From Podarcis muralis (lineage: Eukaryota): a DNA stretch of 64,000 bases. Location of the stretch: positions 9,672,001 through 9,736,000 of the forward strand of contig NC_135667.1 in the NCBI RefSeq assembly GCF_964188315.1, given 5' to 3'. Of this stretch, positions 37,793 through 50,670 are shown piece after piece. Position 1 is the stretch's first letter; each line of letters starts with the position of its first letter. Under the pieces are notes generated by a model, which was not told where the DNA came from, did not search any database, and worked only from the letters and a program-made list of their open reading frames with translations. A program made the position numbers and the translations under genes.

Positions 37793-38561
37793 TTATAAAT
37801 CCACACTTCCAATGCAGATTATTATAATTTTTATTATCATCATCATCATTATTATTATTTCAATTTATATACCTCCCTATACCAGCAGGCCTCTGGGCAT
37901 TTCACAGAATAAAATCAGAATATAAAACCACATAATCAAAATAAAAACAACAACCCAGTAACCCCTTCCCCAACACATTTTAAAAGTGCATAGGATGTTA
38001 ATCAAATCAACCCAATCTTCCAATGCAGAATAGCTATACTAGGGGAAAGGACAGAGGAAAGGGCATTAATAACTTTTTAAAAAACACCATATAAATGCAA
38101 GGAAGCTTGCAGAGATTGTATATTAACCCCAACTGCATATGTAGATGTGGTGATTGGGAGAAATTTGTAGCAAAGAACTAATGGATTTTAAAATTGGAAG
38201 GAGGTAAAATTGGAGAACCAAAATGGGCAGATTTTCTGTCCATACTTGACTACTTGGTTTGCCCTGGCTTGTCGGTGCTAGCATGCCTGGAGCTGATGCT
38301 AAGTCTGCTTTCTGCTGCCATACCATCTGTGAGTGGTCATTGTGGTCAGTGTGGGATGCTTATGGGCTGCACAACTGTTGTTACTGCACAACTGTAACAA
38401 CAGTTACAAGGTCAAGTTTTTACAAGATCAGGCATGTGGCCCTCGAGCTGTGTGATAGACCACTCTGAGCTAGATGACCCTATTGTCTGACTCACCAGAA
38501 GGCAGCTTCCTATTTTCCTCATTATCTCTTTTTCTCTCCTGTCTACTTGTAGACTCAAAGG

Positions 38562-39465
38562 ATGGACTTAACAAATTGCTCAAGAGTGACAGAATTCATC
38601 CTTCTGGGATTCCCCCATTTTCAGGGCATGGATATCCTTTTGTTTGTGGTGATCCTCCTGCTCTAACTTCTGTGCCTTACAGGGAATGGTCTCATCATTG
38701 TCATCGTGACTGTGGACCATCGGCTCCAGAAGCCGATGTACTTCTTCCTTAGCAACTTCTCTATTATTGAGATTGGACACACTACTGTGTTTATGCCGAA
38801 GATGCTAGTCAACTTCCTGTCGGCAAAGAACACGATCTGCTTCCACTGTTGCATGGCACAGTCGTTCTTCTACTTCCTCTTTGGTGTCACAGAGTTTTTC
38901 ATTCTTTCTATCATGTCCTTTGATAGATACTTAGCCATCTGCCATCCATTGAGGTAACCCACCCTCATGACCTCTCCGGTTTGCCTTAAGCTTGCACTGG
39001 CTGCCTTATGAGGAACGGCTAAGGGAGCTGGGCATGTTTAGCCTGGAGAAGAGGAGGTTAAGGGGTGATAAGATAGCCATGTTCAAATATATAAAAGGAT
39101 GTCATATAGAGGAGGGAGAAAGGTTGTTTTCTGCTGCTCCAGAGAAGCGGACACGGAGCAATGGATCCAAACTACAAGAAAGAAGATTCCACCTAAACAT
39201 TAGGAAGAACTTCCTGACAGTAAGAGCTGTTCGACAGTGGAATTTGCTGCCAAGGAGTGTGGTGGAGTCTCCTTCTTTGGAGGTCTTTAAGCAGAGGCTT
39301 GACAACCAAATGTCAGGAGTGCTCTGATGGTGTTTCCTGCTTGGCAGGGGGTTGGACTCGATGGCCCTTGTGGTCTATTCCAACTCTATGATTCTATGAT
39401 TCTAAGTCAAAGAGGCTTTACGAAAAGCCTTAGGAAGGAAGACGTTTGCAGTTTCTAAGTTCTAA
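38562..39465 (+). pseudogene. OR pseudogene (paralogue of 30497-31447): two premature TAA stops, with the middle replaced by a CR1 insertion
   Basis: MDLTNCSRVTEFILLGF start; TAA at 38664-38666 and 38955-38957; OR sequence stops near 39006 and resumes at 39404 as VKEALRKALGRKTFAVSKF*. Confidence 0.9.
39001..39403 (+). mobile_element. CR1 LINE, 5'-truncated, young
   Basis: Open RT C-terminal frame (YEERLRELGMFSLEKRRLRGD...VRQWN.LPRSVVESPSLEVFKQRLD) plus (ATTCTATG)n tail. Confidence 0.92.
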
Positions 39466-40288
39466 GCACTGACTTGGTTTGGAAAGGACTGCTGTCTAAC
39501 TCAGTGCTCACAGAGACCTGAATCCCAGCAACCCAGTCAGATGGGCAGTATATAAATATAAATTTACCCTATGCTCCTCTGAATCCAAGTTTACCACAGG
39601 TCTGATTCTATTCTGAAATGGTGCCATTGCCAATCAATTTAGTGATGATTAGAGGAGATGGATGGATGGATGGATGGATGGATGGGTATAGAAAGAGTAA
39701 TCTACCTTCTTATGTCCCCACTTACCAGATAATGGCAAGAGATAGCTGATTAAGTGGCCTTCTTTGAATCAGACTCTTGGTCCATCTTGGTCAGATATGT
39801 CCACACTGGCTGGCAGGACCAATACTGGCTTGCAGACAGAGGTTTTCCCCAGTCCTACCTGTGGATGATGGGGACTGAACCTGATAACACTTCTCTGTCT
39901 CAGAAAAGCCAATACCTGGCTTCATCCACTTTCTTTGGGTGTCTTGTCTATTTCCAGACCCTGCATTGAAGCAGCTTTGACTACATAGCATATCAGTCTG
40001 GGGACACCTAAGAGCGGTGTCTGGAAGTCCTGTCAGACTTGGTGGAACTCTCAGAAGATGCTATGGGGATAAAGAAACTGTGGCCCTCCAAATGTTGCTG
40101 GACTACAACTCCCATCATCCTTGCTCATTGGCTATGATGACTGGGACTTGTGTTGGGTTTTGGAGTCTAACAGCATCTAGTGGGCCACAGATTCCTCACC
40201 CCAGCTGTAATAAGATACTGTGGCCAGGAAGACAAAGTTTTCTTTTATTAAATGATTTCTAAACAGCTTTTCCACAATACCAATGCAT

Positions 40289-40357
40289 AATAATGAAGTC
40301 AAAGGTGCTTTAAAATAAGCCTTAGGAAGTGAGACCTTTGCAGTTTCTAAGCTCTAA
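40289..40357 (+). pseudogene. OR C-terminal remnant
   Basis: aatgaagtcaaaggtgctttaaaataagccttaggaagtgagacctttgcagtttctaagctctaa, near-identical to 39404-39465. Confidence 0.75.
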
Positions 40358-41049
40358 GCACATCACTGCCATGTAGGGAAGGAGACACAAGTTGAAAAAG
40401 GATCCTCACTCTTGGGCTACTGTAGCCAACCTTTGAACCTTACACAGCCATGAAACCTGTGTAAAATATTGCATGATTGAATTCTTGCTTCCATACATTA
40501 CTCTAAAGGAAATTCCAGAAAAAATACATGGGAAAATGTAGACTTTTAGAATATGTGAAGGATGACAAATAAAGCATTCAATTCTTTGAAAAACATCAAC
40601 ACATGTGGGGTCTGGCTGACTCAACATTTTCTGATCCAACCTTCAGCTTTGGGTGTTTCTGATGGGAAATCACAAAGGGGCAGAGCCCTAGAGACAGAAT
40701 CCCAGAACTTTTGGAGAAGGTGAAATAACTTTTCATTAGTGTTATATGATTTGTAAGAAGGGCTTTGCAGGGTGTAGATGAAATATCCCTTTCATGTGTG
40801 AATCAGAAGTGCAATTAGACCATCAGTGAAATATCTTTTACAGAGAAAGTTGGTTAGATCTCCTTGAAAGGGAGGCACTGTTGAAGGAAACATGGTTTTA
40901 CCTCTGCCCTTCGTTCTTTACCTAAGCAAAGAAAAGAAAATCAACACCCTTCCATGTACAACTTTGGGGGAGGGCAGGTATTGTGGACACAAAGTTTGTT
41001 ATAGAGGCACATCAAAAATGATTTTGGTGGTGGTGATGTTGATTTCCTT

Positions 41050-41322
41050 CTGCATCTCCAACATCACTGACAGCAGAGGGCCTTCTCCACCTGTGCCTCC
41101 CATCTCATTGTGGTCAGCATCTTGTATGGAGCAGTCCTTTTCATGTACTTAAGACCTACTGTCACAAGAGCTTCATTCAAGGGGGTGAAAGTCGTGTCTG
41201 TACTGAACATGATAGTTGCCCCAGTGCTGAACCCTTTCATATACACCATCAGGTACAATGAGGTCAAAGATGCTTCACAAAAAGCATTAGGAAGGAAGAC
41301 CTTTGTACTTCATAAATTATGA
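41050..41322 (+). pseudogene. OR 3' fragment (IC3-TM6-TM7-tail), 5' two-thirds missing
   Basis: RAFSTCASHLIVVSILYGAVLFMYLRP...LNPFIYTIRYNEVKDASQKALGRK; upstream sequence is non-OR. Confidence 0.88.
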
Positions 41323-41553
41323 GCATCTTTGACCACATAACAAGTAAGTCTGGAACCCCCAAAGAATAGTGTTTGTAAGTCCACCCAGACTTGGTGGCAG
41401 CCTAAGAATAACACATCGACTTGGGTGTTCTGCAGAAGAGAAAACCGTCCCTCAAATTACTGGTTTGTGGTGGGATTAATATGCAATGAAATAAAATAAA
41501 ATAATGTTGATGACTGGATGAAATCTTTGCCTCCATTCTCACTGCTGTCTGGG

Positions 41554-41710
41554 CAGTGGCGTAGCGTGGGTTGCCAGCACCCGGGGCAAGGCAAGTAATT
41601 TGCGCCCCCTAACCCGTGGATTTGCGCCCCCTAACCCGTGGATTTGCCCTAACCCCAGATGTTGCGCCCGGTGCGGCTGGCCCCCCCTGCACCCCCACGC
41701 TACGCCACTG
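41554..41710. mobile_element. hAT-type MITE with perfect 8-bp TSD
   Basis: TIR cagtggcgtagcgtggg ... cccacgctacgccactg; TSD tgtctggg on both sides. Confidence 0.9.
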
Positions 41711-42953
41711 TGTCTGGGTACATGTGTAGATCCATAGTACTTTAAACATACGCATACTTTTATTTATGAGCTGCCCTTCGTGTATTCTGTGGTGTCTTTA
41801 TCACAGTTAATGATCTGATTCAAACATATATAACTCATTTTATTGAAATGAAAAATGCACAAGCTTTATGCCCTTTCTCTCCATATTCTTAGTGTGCTGG
41901 ATTAATCCAGGAAGTCTTCCATTAACCATAGTCTCCAGTTATATATGAACCAACAGGCTAGGTTCAACAGGATCAGGGCAAACCAAGATTTAAACCAATT
42001 CTAAACCATAGTTTAAGATCCTAGCTTATTCCAAATCTTATAATGATAGTATATTGGTTCAGATGGAACAGTTAACTATGGTTAATGGAAGACTTCCTGG
42101 GTTAATCTCAGCACACAAAGAGACGAGGAATGAAGAAGTAGCATGAGGATGAAGAATGAAATATTTCAGAGATACCTTGGATTAAATTGAGATTTGAACA
42201 GTGACACTGGGCCAACGACCTGTCAAAATTAGTTCACCCATAGTGAAAATTGGAATAGGATTTCGTAGACCTTGTGTAAGCTGAATAGGTGCTTCATCAG
42301 TTGTGTGCATTTATTGAATTCTGCTTCCCTCTCTTGCTGTCTTGTCCATACTCCATACATAATGTCTATGTATATACATTAAGAAAGAGAGAAATGCATG
42401 TGTTTGTTAAGTGGATGAAGCCATGACACTGGGAGGATAAATGAGTTAAACATGATGCTAAAATAATTAAAGAATGAGGGGCATGAAATGTCCTCATCCT
42501 ATACCTAACGTTCTCTCTCTGCTCTTCTCTCTCACACACCTGGCACAACTACAACTGTTTCAAACATCCATCATTAGTTCTGCTTCTCAGTTTCATATTT
42601 CTGCACTTAGAATGAAACTCAAAACCTAAAAGTCTTGGTACTTCCCAATACCTCTGAAACTGTCACCTGCTCTTTCCTAGTGGCAAAATAGCAGTCTGAT
42701 ACCTTTGCTTTGGAGAATAAAATATGTTTCCTTATTAAATAATTGAGGATTTTTTTAAAAATGACCATCATAAATGGTGACCAGCATTTACATCTCATGG
42801 TTATCCCTACCTGAAGCGCTTCCTTTAATAATTAGATTATGTCTGTGAAATTGGCCCTCACAGTATTGGACTCCAACTCCCATCAGCCCCAGACCATCAT
42901 GATGAGAGCTGAAGTCCAGCAACATCTGGAAGGACATGGATTTGCCATCTCTG

Positions 42954-43006
<53 letters not shown>

Positions 43007-45039
43007 TTCTACAAGTCTAGATGATGGACAGGGAATGTTCTGTCTCTCTAGCCCAGACACAAGAAAGTAGAATAATTGGGCATCTAAAAGCCCCACAAAG
43101 AGCACCCCATAGCTTCCCATTCCAACTATCTCAGAGCGTGCCAGTCAGTAAATCACATAGTTCAAAGATGGAGTTAACTCTTTATCAGCAAAAACATAAT
43201 CTCCACAGGGAAACATTCATGAATTTGAATAAACTGCTGTATGAATGCAACCTAACCCACACATTATGGTAAAAGCTTTGTTTGGATCAGAGCTCACTTA
43301 GATGCAAGGTTCAAGCTTATGCTGCCATAAAATGTCTTGCATCACCAAACTGTAGTGTTTTTCGCACACTAACATGGCTGCCACCACTGTTGTTTTGTGG
43401 GATATCTTTGGGAGAAGAAAAGCCTAAGGCAGAGTTGCCATATGTCTGGAATTTCCCAGACATATCCAGAATACTGTAGTTGGTAGCAGTGTCTGGGCGG
43501 AAATCAGCAAAATGTCCCAGGAAATCCGGACATGTCGGCAGTGTAGTTTTTGCTGATTTTCCATAAAAAATAACATAAAGCATCACTTTTTCATGTGATT
43601 TGGCAGAAAAATGCTCATCAGTGTTTGAAATATGGCAACTCTATCTAAGGAGTAAACCCTACACAATTCCGGAGTGGAGTCCTTAGATCAGGCATGGCCA
43701 AACTTGGCCCTCCAGCTGTTTTGGAACTACAACTCCCACCATCTCTACCTAACAGGACCAGTAGTCAGGGATGATGGGAATTGTAGCCCCAAAGCAGCTG
43801 GAGGGTCAAGTTTGGCCATGCCTGCCCTAGATGGTTGGATGGTGCCTTGTACACCTCCTTCTGGCAACTCCTGAAGCCAAGCTGGTGCCAGGCTGAGGGG
43901 GTGGTCTTGTCTGGGCAGCCCAGAACCTCCATACACACTGTCCACGCTTGCGCCCCAGGAATGTCACTTTGGTGCTGCTAATATATTGGTTTGACTTCAC
44001 CCTCAGAGGCTCACTCCATTATCTCTTGAAACAGATGGATGCCAACAAGATAATATTTTCGGTTACTACTGTATGCAATTTATCATTAGACTATGATGAT
44101 CAACTTTATTGTGTTAAGGTAATAAATTATTACAACTACACATATTTCCCCAAAAGGAACAGGTGTCCGATTAAGGGAGGGGGAACCCTGTTAAAACTGT
44201 CCAAAATTAGACCTATTTCTGAACTAGGCATATTTCATCAAGAAACCAAAACTACCTCCTCCTCCTTAGACCCTGAATAACGGTGATTCGTATTTCTGCT
44301 TTCTCATAACTTCATTATCTCAACCAGTTTGTTCTTGATGGAGCTTTCAAATGTCATCCAGTGGCCACTACTGAAATACCCAGGTGTCAGGATTCTGAGA
44401 AATATCTAGACAAAAATATTTCAGAGGTGATAACATGAGCCAACGGCCACCAACCACAAATGTGCTAATCAGGGTAATTCTTTTGTACGTGCGTGTTTGA
44501 GTTTTTAGCAATGCTTTCTGTCACTGTAACGAAAGATGAGGTTTAAGCTTCGAAAGAGGTTTGTGAGAATCCCAGCTGTACAAGTTGTGTTCTCAAGTAC
44601 CACCCTTTAAAAAAAAAGAAATAGGCAATAGAATGATACATTGGGAAAATAAACCTACTGTTTGGTATTAGGCCCCAACTGCAATATTCATTAAAGTAGC
44701 ATCATTCCATGATAAATGGTCATGGCTTCCTCAAAGAATCATGGCAAATGTCATTTATTAAGGGTACACTGAGTTGTTAGGAGACCCGTATTCTCCTTGG
44801 AACACAACAATTCCCAGAGTTCCCTGGGCAGAATGATTGGTTGTTAAACCACTCTGGAAATTTTAACTGAATGTTGTAGCTGGAGCAATAAAGCTGAATG
44901 TTGCAAGATTAAGGACAGATAAAAGAACGTATTTTTTCACAGTTAAACTATGGAACTTGTTTCCACAGGAGGCAGTGATAGTGACAATAGTAGTAACAGT
45001 AGTAGTAGTGGTAGTAGTTATAATAATAATAGCAGCAAC

Positions 45040-45465
45040 AACAACTTATTATTTATACCCGGTCCATTTGACTGGGTTTCTCCAGCCACTCTGGGTAGCT
45101 CCCAACAGAATATTAAAAACACAATAAAACATCAAACATTTAAAAAGTCCCTAAACAGGGCTGCCTTCAGTTGTTTTCTAAAAGTCAGATAGTTGTTTCT
45201 TTCCTTGACATCTGATGGGAGGGCGTTCCACAGGGCGGGTGCCACTACCGAGAAGGCCCTCTGCCTGGTTCCCTGTAACCTCACTTCTTGCAGTGAGGGA
45301 ACCACCAGAAGGCCCTCAGAGCTGGACCTCAGAGTCTAGGCTGAACGATGGGGGTGGAGAATCTCCTTCAGCTATACTGGGCCACGGCCATTTAGGGCTT
45401 TAAAGGTCAGCACCGACACTTTGAATTGTGCTCAGAAACGTACTGGGAGCCAATGTAGAACTTGG
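45040..45465 (-). mobile_element. L2 LINE 3' end
   Basis: Reverse complement of the L2 end at 25770-26225. Confidence 0.85.
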
Positions 45466-45481
45466 ATGCTTTGAAGAGATA

Positions 45482-45797
45482 CCGTATTTTTCGCTCTATA
45501 GGGTGCACCAGACCATAGGGTGCACTTAGTTTTGGGGGGGGGGGAATAAAGAAAAAGCCTGGGCTCCCCAGGCTTGCGGATATCTGCCCAAAGCCCGGGG
45601 TGCGCTGTGGAGCGCTCCCCGGGCTTCGGGATGCAGGCTACTATCCGCAAGCCTGGGGAGCCCAGCGGGAACTCCCGCCGTGCTCCGAAGGCTTGCGGAT
45701 AGCTTCCTGAAGCCTGCATTTGCTCCATAGGACGCACACACATTTCCCCTTCATTTTTGGAGGGGAAAAAGTGCGTCCTATAGAGCGAAAAATACGG
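45482..45797. mobile_element. Tc1/pogo-type MITE
   Basis: TIR ccgtatttttcgctctata ... tatagagcgaaaaatacgg with TA flanks; a partial copy lies at about 21310-21400. Confidence 0.88.
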
Positions 45798-47114
45798 TAT
45801 TTGATAACTCCATGGAAGCGAAGGCAATAAAAACTACTAGCAATGATGGATAAACTATGCCTCCGTGGTTAGAGGCAGTAATGTTTCTGAATGCCTGCAG
45901 CTGGAAAGTGGAGGAGGGGCGAGTGCTCTTGTGCTTGGGTCCTACTTGCCACAGGCATCTGGTTGGCCAAACAAAGAACAGGATGCAGGACTAGAAGGGT
46001 CATGGGCCTGATCCTGCAGGCTCTTCCTATGTGCTTAACGAAACAAAATAGAAACTCAAGTCAACAATTCTCTAAATAAGTAATTCAATGGCATTTTAAA
46101 AAGTAATAAGTGGCTAACCGGATGCCTATGAGATGCCCCAAAGCAGGACTCAAGTGCTGCAGTGTTCTTCCCACTGGTGATTTGCAGCAACCGTGACTGC
46201 TGCCACCAGCACTGTTCCCCCATCCTGCTGCCTCTGCTGCTGGCCGAGAAATAACACTAGCACCAGCACTAATTTTGGGTGAGAGCTCACTGAAATTGCC
46301 CCACAAGATATGCCCAGGATACCAATGGGGCTGCCATCTTAGGGGCTTCTTCTGACTGAAGCAACCGCCTCAATCTGCCTCATGACAGAGCCCTCCAGAT
46401 GCCTATGGGTCAACCAGATGCCCATGAGAAGCCTGAAAGCAGGACCTGAGTGCAGCAACCCTCTCCCCACACGTGATTCCCAGCAAAGGCATAGCCACTG
46501 TGTCTCAAAGTCATTCATTCTGTGTTCCTTCTCTTCGAGCTAGGCTAGATTTCTGTTTGTTCCTACCAATCCCACTGAACACCTTTTCTCCTAGCACCTT
46601 GTTTTGAGGAACTTTGCCTCCCTTAGCATCTCTGCAACTTGGCAACGCTTTCCAGTGCTCAACCTGCCCCACAAAGCTGTTTCCGTGGACAACTTTCTTT
46701 CCCAGATAGAAGGCAAAACATTTTGGATCCCTGAGCTGTTGGAACTATGAGCAGCCAGTTGGTGCCAAGGGCTTCTCTTCAATAATCATAATACAATGTA
46801 GATGTTGACATGGGAGAGTTATTTGTTTGTTTGTTTATTTGTTTGTTTGTTTCATTTACACCCCACCTTTTCTCCATGGAGCTTACACCGTTCTCCTGCC
46901 CCTCATTTAATTCCTACTTCAACCCTGTGAGCTAGGATAGGCCAAGAGGCAGGGTCACCCATTGAGCTTCATGGCCGAGTGGATATTTGAACCCTGGTCT
47001 CTTAGGGCCTAGTTCAACACTGAAAACACTACACCAATTGAGGAATTCATATTTTTGAAATCAGATCCAATTTCCCCACCCAAGCAGCTGCACATTGCAA
47101 AATTTGTAATTGTA

Positions 47115-47115
<1 letters not shown>

Positions 47116-47145
<30 letters not shown>

Positions 47146-47275
47146 CTTCTTCTTCTTCTTCTTCTTCTTCTTCTTCTTCTTCGTACATTTTGTAAAGGTA
47201 TTTTCATGTGTTTTAGAGATGCGAAAGCTGCTTCATGAGACCAGTTTCCCATGAAGGGTGTGATTCGTTAGAAAG

Positions 47276-47335
<60 letters not shown>
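47116..47335. repeat. (CTT)n and (GAAA)n microsatellites
   Basis: Direct inspection. Other microsatellites: (ATT)n about 28036-28090, (AAT)n about 42953-43005 and 48018-48074, (TG)n about 54530-54567 and 61899-61937, (CT)n(CA)n about 54907-54972. Confidence 0.95.
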
Positions 47336-48016
47336 TAGGAGAAGTGACCTGTGAATGTCTTTCAGTTATTTGCTCATCTCACATCTAGAAGGATTGCCAC
47401 TCATTTTTTTTTAATGTCTTTCTCAAGGCATTTAATTTTATTAATCATTTCTCTCTCCAGCCTGGGGTGTCAGCCCTCTACAGAGCTTCAGACAGGAAGC
47501 GACCACAGATGCAGGCCTAGATGCGCATGATTCAGTTTGGTTTCCTTTGCTCTGAAAACACCTGCCGATCATGACTGCACTTGAAAGCAGTGACCGAGAG
47601 ACTGAAAGCCATTTTTAGTATATCCTTGCAAATGAGCTTGAAAGTGGTGGTGGTGGGGGGGAATACACAGAGAAAGGCAATGATCCAGGAAAACAATTTG
47701 TACCATAGTGTAATGGTGGTAAAGTTGTTTTGCTACAATTTCTGGGATTCTCCATTTTGTTAGTAGGGTGACTATGCTAGAGGTTGGATGCAGAGACTCC
47801 ATTTTGTGTGCTAGAGCTTGCATGTATCTGGGAAGGTCAGATTAATAATAAAATACTCGAACCACTGGTGTTTGAAGCCAAGTGCACATGACATTCGCAA
47901 CAATTCTTCAGTATTATGTAGCTCCTTTAGAAAGACCCCTTACTCTCCAACTAGATTCCATCTGATTAGAAAACAGAAGTCATGGTAGAACTGAGATGTG
48001 TCAGGCAGCCATTGTA

Positions 48017-48074
<58 letters not shown>

Positions 48075-48075
<1 letters not shown>

Positions 48076-48716
48076 CCCGCCCATCTGGCTGGGTTTCCTC
48101 AGCCACTCTAGGCAGCTTCCAACAGAATATTAAAAATACAATAAAACATCAAAGATTAAAAAGTTCCCTAAAACAGGGCTGCCTTCAGATGTCTTCTAAA
48201 AGTCAGATAGTTGTTTATTTCCTTGACATCTGATGCTCAGAAACGTACTGGGAGCCAATGTAGGTCTTTCAGGACCAGTGCTATATGGTCTTGGCGGCCA
48301 CTGCCAGTCACCAGTCTAGCTGCCACATTCTGGATTAGTTGTAGTTTTTGGGTCACCTTCAAAGTTAGCTCCAGATAAAGCGTGTTGCAGTAGTCCAAGC
48401 AGGAGATAACTAGAACATGCACTACTCTGGCGAGACAGTCTGCGAGCAGGTAGGGAATCAGCCTGTGTACCAGATGGAGCTGGTAGACAGCTGCCCTGGA
48501 TACAGAACTGACCTGCACCTCCATGGACAGCTGTGACTCCAAAATGACTCCCAGGCCGCTCACCTGGTCCTTCAGGGGCAGAGTTACCCCATTCAGGACC
48601 AGGGAGTCCTCCACACCTGCCCACCCCCTGTCCCCCCCAAAACAGTACTTCCGTCTTGTCATGATTCAACCTCAATCTGTTAGCTGCCATCCATCCTCCA
48701 ACCGCCTTCAGGCACT
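48075..48716 (-). mobile_element. L2 LINE 3' part, including RT C-terminus
   Basis: ORFs 48237-48662 and 48316-48690 (MAANRLRLNHDKTEVL; LQLIQNVAARLVTG...LHWLPVRF); internal deletion relative to the 45040 copy. Confidence 0.88.
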
Positions 48717-49459
48717 CACACAGGACATGACAATTTCAGTGAATTCGAAGCAAATCAGGTAATGGACATCAGGAGAATACCACCTTGTCCCTTTTCTGGT
48801 GTGAACCACAACATTAAAAAGTTACTTGAAAAGCAATAGGGGAAACAACATGAGGCATTTCAAGGTGTTAATATGTATATAGCCATAGTCAAGATTAAAT
48901 TACAGAAGCAAAACAAACAAACAAAAATTGGGCATATTTTTTTAAGAACGCATTTTCTATGGTTCCTCTTTTATACCATATTGATGCTTTATTGATGCTT
49001 ATTGCTGCGATTGAAACAACCTTTTTTTTTTTGCCCTCCCTTCTTACAATTTCTAAACTTTGCATAATTTAGCCCCTTTAACTGTGAACTAGCATGAATT
49101 TCATTTTTAGCTTGCTTTTCCTCTCATGGGAGACCAGGCCAGCAAGCAGCAAAACAATATGATATATATAATATAAAAATATTCAAAATATATCCTAACT
49201 GCAGCTGCTGAGATTGCAATAGACATTCACATCTTAAAGGGCTGGATAAACAAACAGGCCTTTATGCTGCCCTAAACAGCAACAGTGTAATAGACATATG
49301 CGTCACCTGGGAACAGAGTGCCATAAATGTAGTGTGATCACAGAGAAGGCCCTGTTGTGAGTCACTGTCCATTAGCCTCCCCTGATAGAAATGTAGAGTT
49401 GGAAGGGAACTCAAATGGTCCTCTAAGTTCAATTCCCTGCAATGCAGAAATCTCAACTT

Positions 49460-50245
49460 CTTCTTCTTCTTCTTCTTTGGTGATCACTCATAGTCGAATA
49501 AGATTGTCTTTCGTAAACACGGTTTTAACAATGAGTCCGTAAGTGACTGTGGAGGCCAATTCTAGATCCACACGTCCTTCCACAGTGGGGACATAGGCTT
49601 CCGGGCAGGAGTGGATCACGGTGAGGGTTTGCCAAGCTCATTTCTCCCTTTCATCCTGAGTTCGAGCATCTTCAAAGCCCATGAAACCTTTGGTAAAGGC
49701 TGTACTCCAATTGGAGCACTCACAGGCCAGTGTTTCCCAGTTGTCAGTGTTCATACTACTTTTTTTAGATTTGCCTTGAGAGAATCTTTAAACCTCTTTT
49801 GTTGACCACCAGCATTACGCTTTCCATTTTTAAGTTCGGAATAGAGTAGTTGCTTTGGAATACAATAATCAGGCATCCACACAACATGGCCAGTCCAATG
49901 AAGTTGATGTTGAAGAACCATTGCTTCTACACTGGTGATCTTTGCTTCTTCCAGTACACTGGCATTAGTTCATCTGTCTTCCAAAGTGATGTGTAAAATT
50001 TTTTGGAGACACTGTTGATGGAATCTTACAAGATGGTGTTTACAAGTGATCCATGTTTCATAAGAATACAGTAAGGTTGGTATTACAATACCGTTGTAAA
50101 CAAGCATTTTAGTTTCCCTGTGAATATCTCAGTCCTCAAACACTCTGCACTTCAATTGGGAGAAAGCTGCACTTGCAGAGCTCAGGCAATGCTGGATTTT
50201 GGCATCAATGTCAACCTTCAACTGAATCTCAGATGACACATCCAT
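49460..50245 (-). mobile_element. RTE-clade (BovB/Expander-like) LINE 3' part with (GAA)n tail
   Basis: Minus-strand remnants LHWTGHVV.MPDY..PKQLLYSELKNGKRNAGGQQKRFKD. Confidence 0.8.
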
Positions 50246-50254
50246 GACAGATGG

Positions 50255-50670
50255 CAATCCAACCTCTGCTTAAAAACCTCCAAGGAGAGTCCACCACCTT
50301 CTGATGGAGTCTGTTCTACAGTCAAATAGCTCTTACTGTCAGAAAGCTCTTCCTAATGTTTATTCTCAATCTCCTTTCTTCTAACTTGAAGCCATTGGTT
50401 CAGGTCCTACCCTCTCTAACAAGAGAAAACAATATTGTTCCCTCTTCCATGTGACAACCCTTTAAGATATTGGAAGATGGCTATCATATCTCCTCTTTGT
50501 CTCCTCTTGTCCCAGCTCCTTTAACTGTTCCTCATAAGCTTGGTTTCCAGACCCTTGATCATCTTGGTTGCCCTCCTCTGCACACGTTAAAGCTTATCAA
50601 TATCCTCCTTAAATTGTGGCACCCAGAACTGGACACGGTACTTCAGGTATGGTCTGACCAACGCAGAATA
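50255..50670 (-). mobile_element. CR1 fragment
   Basis: Antisense CR1 RT C-terminus (ccagaactggacac.gtac..caggt, aaccattggttc.ggtcctaccctc). Confidence 0.75.
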
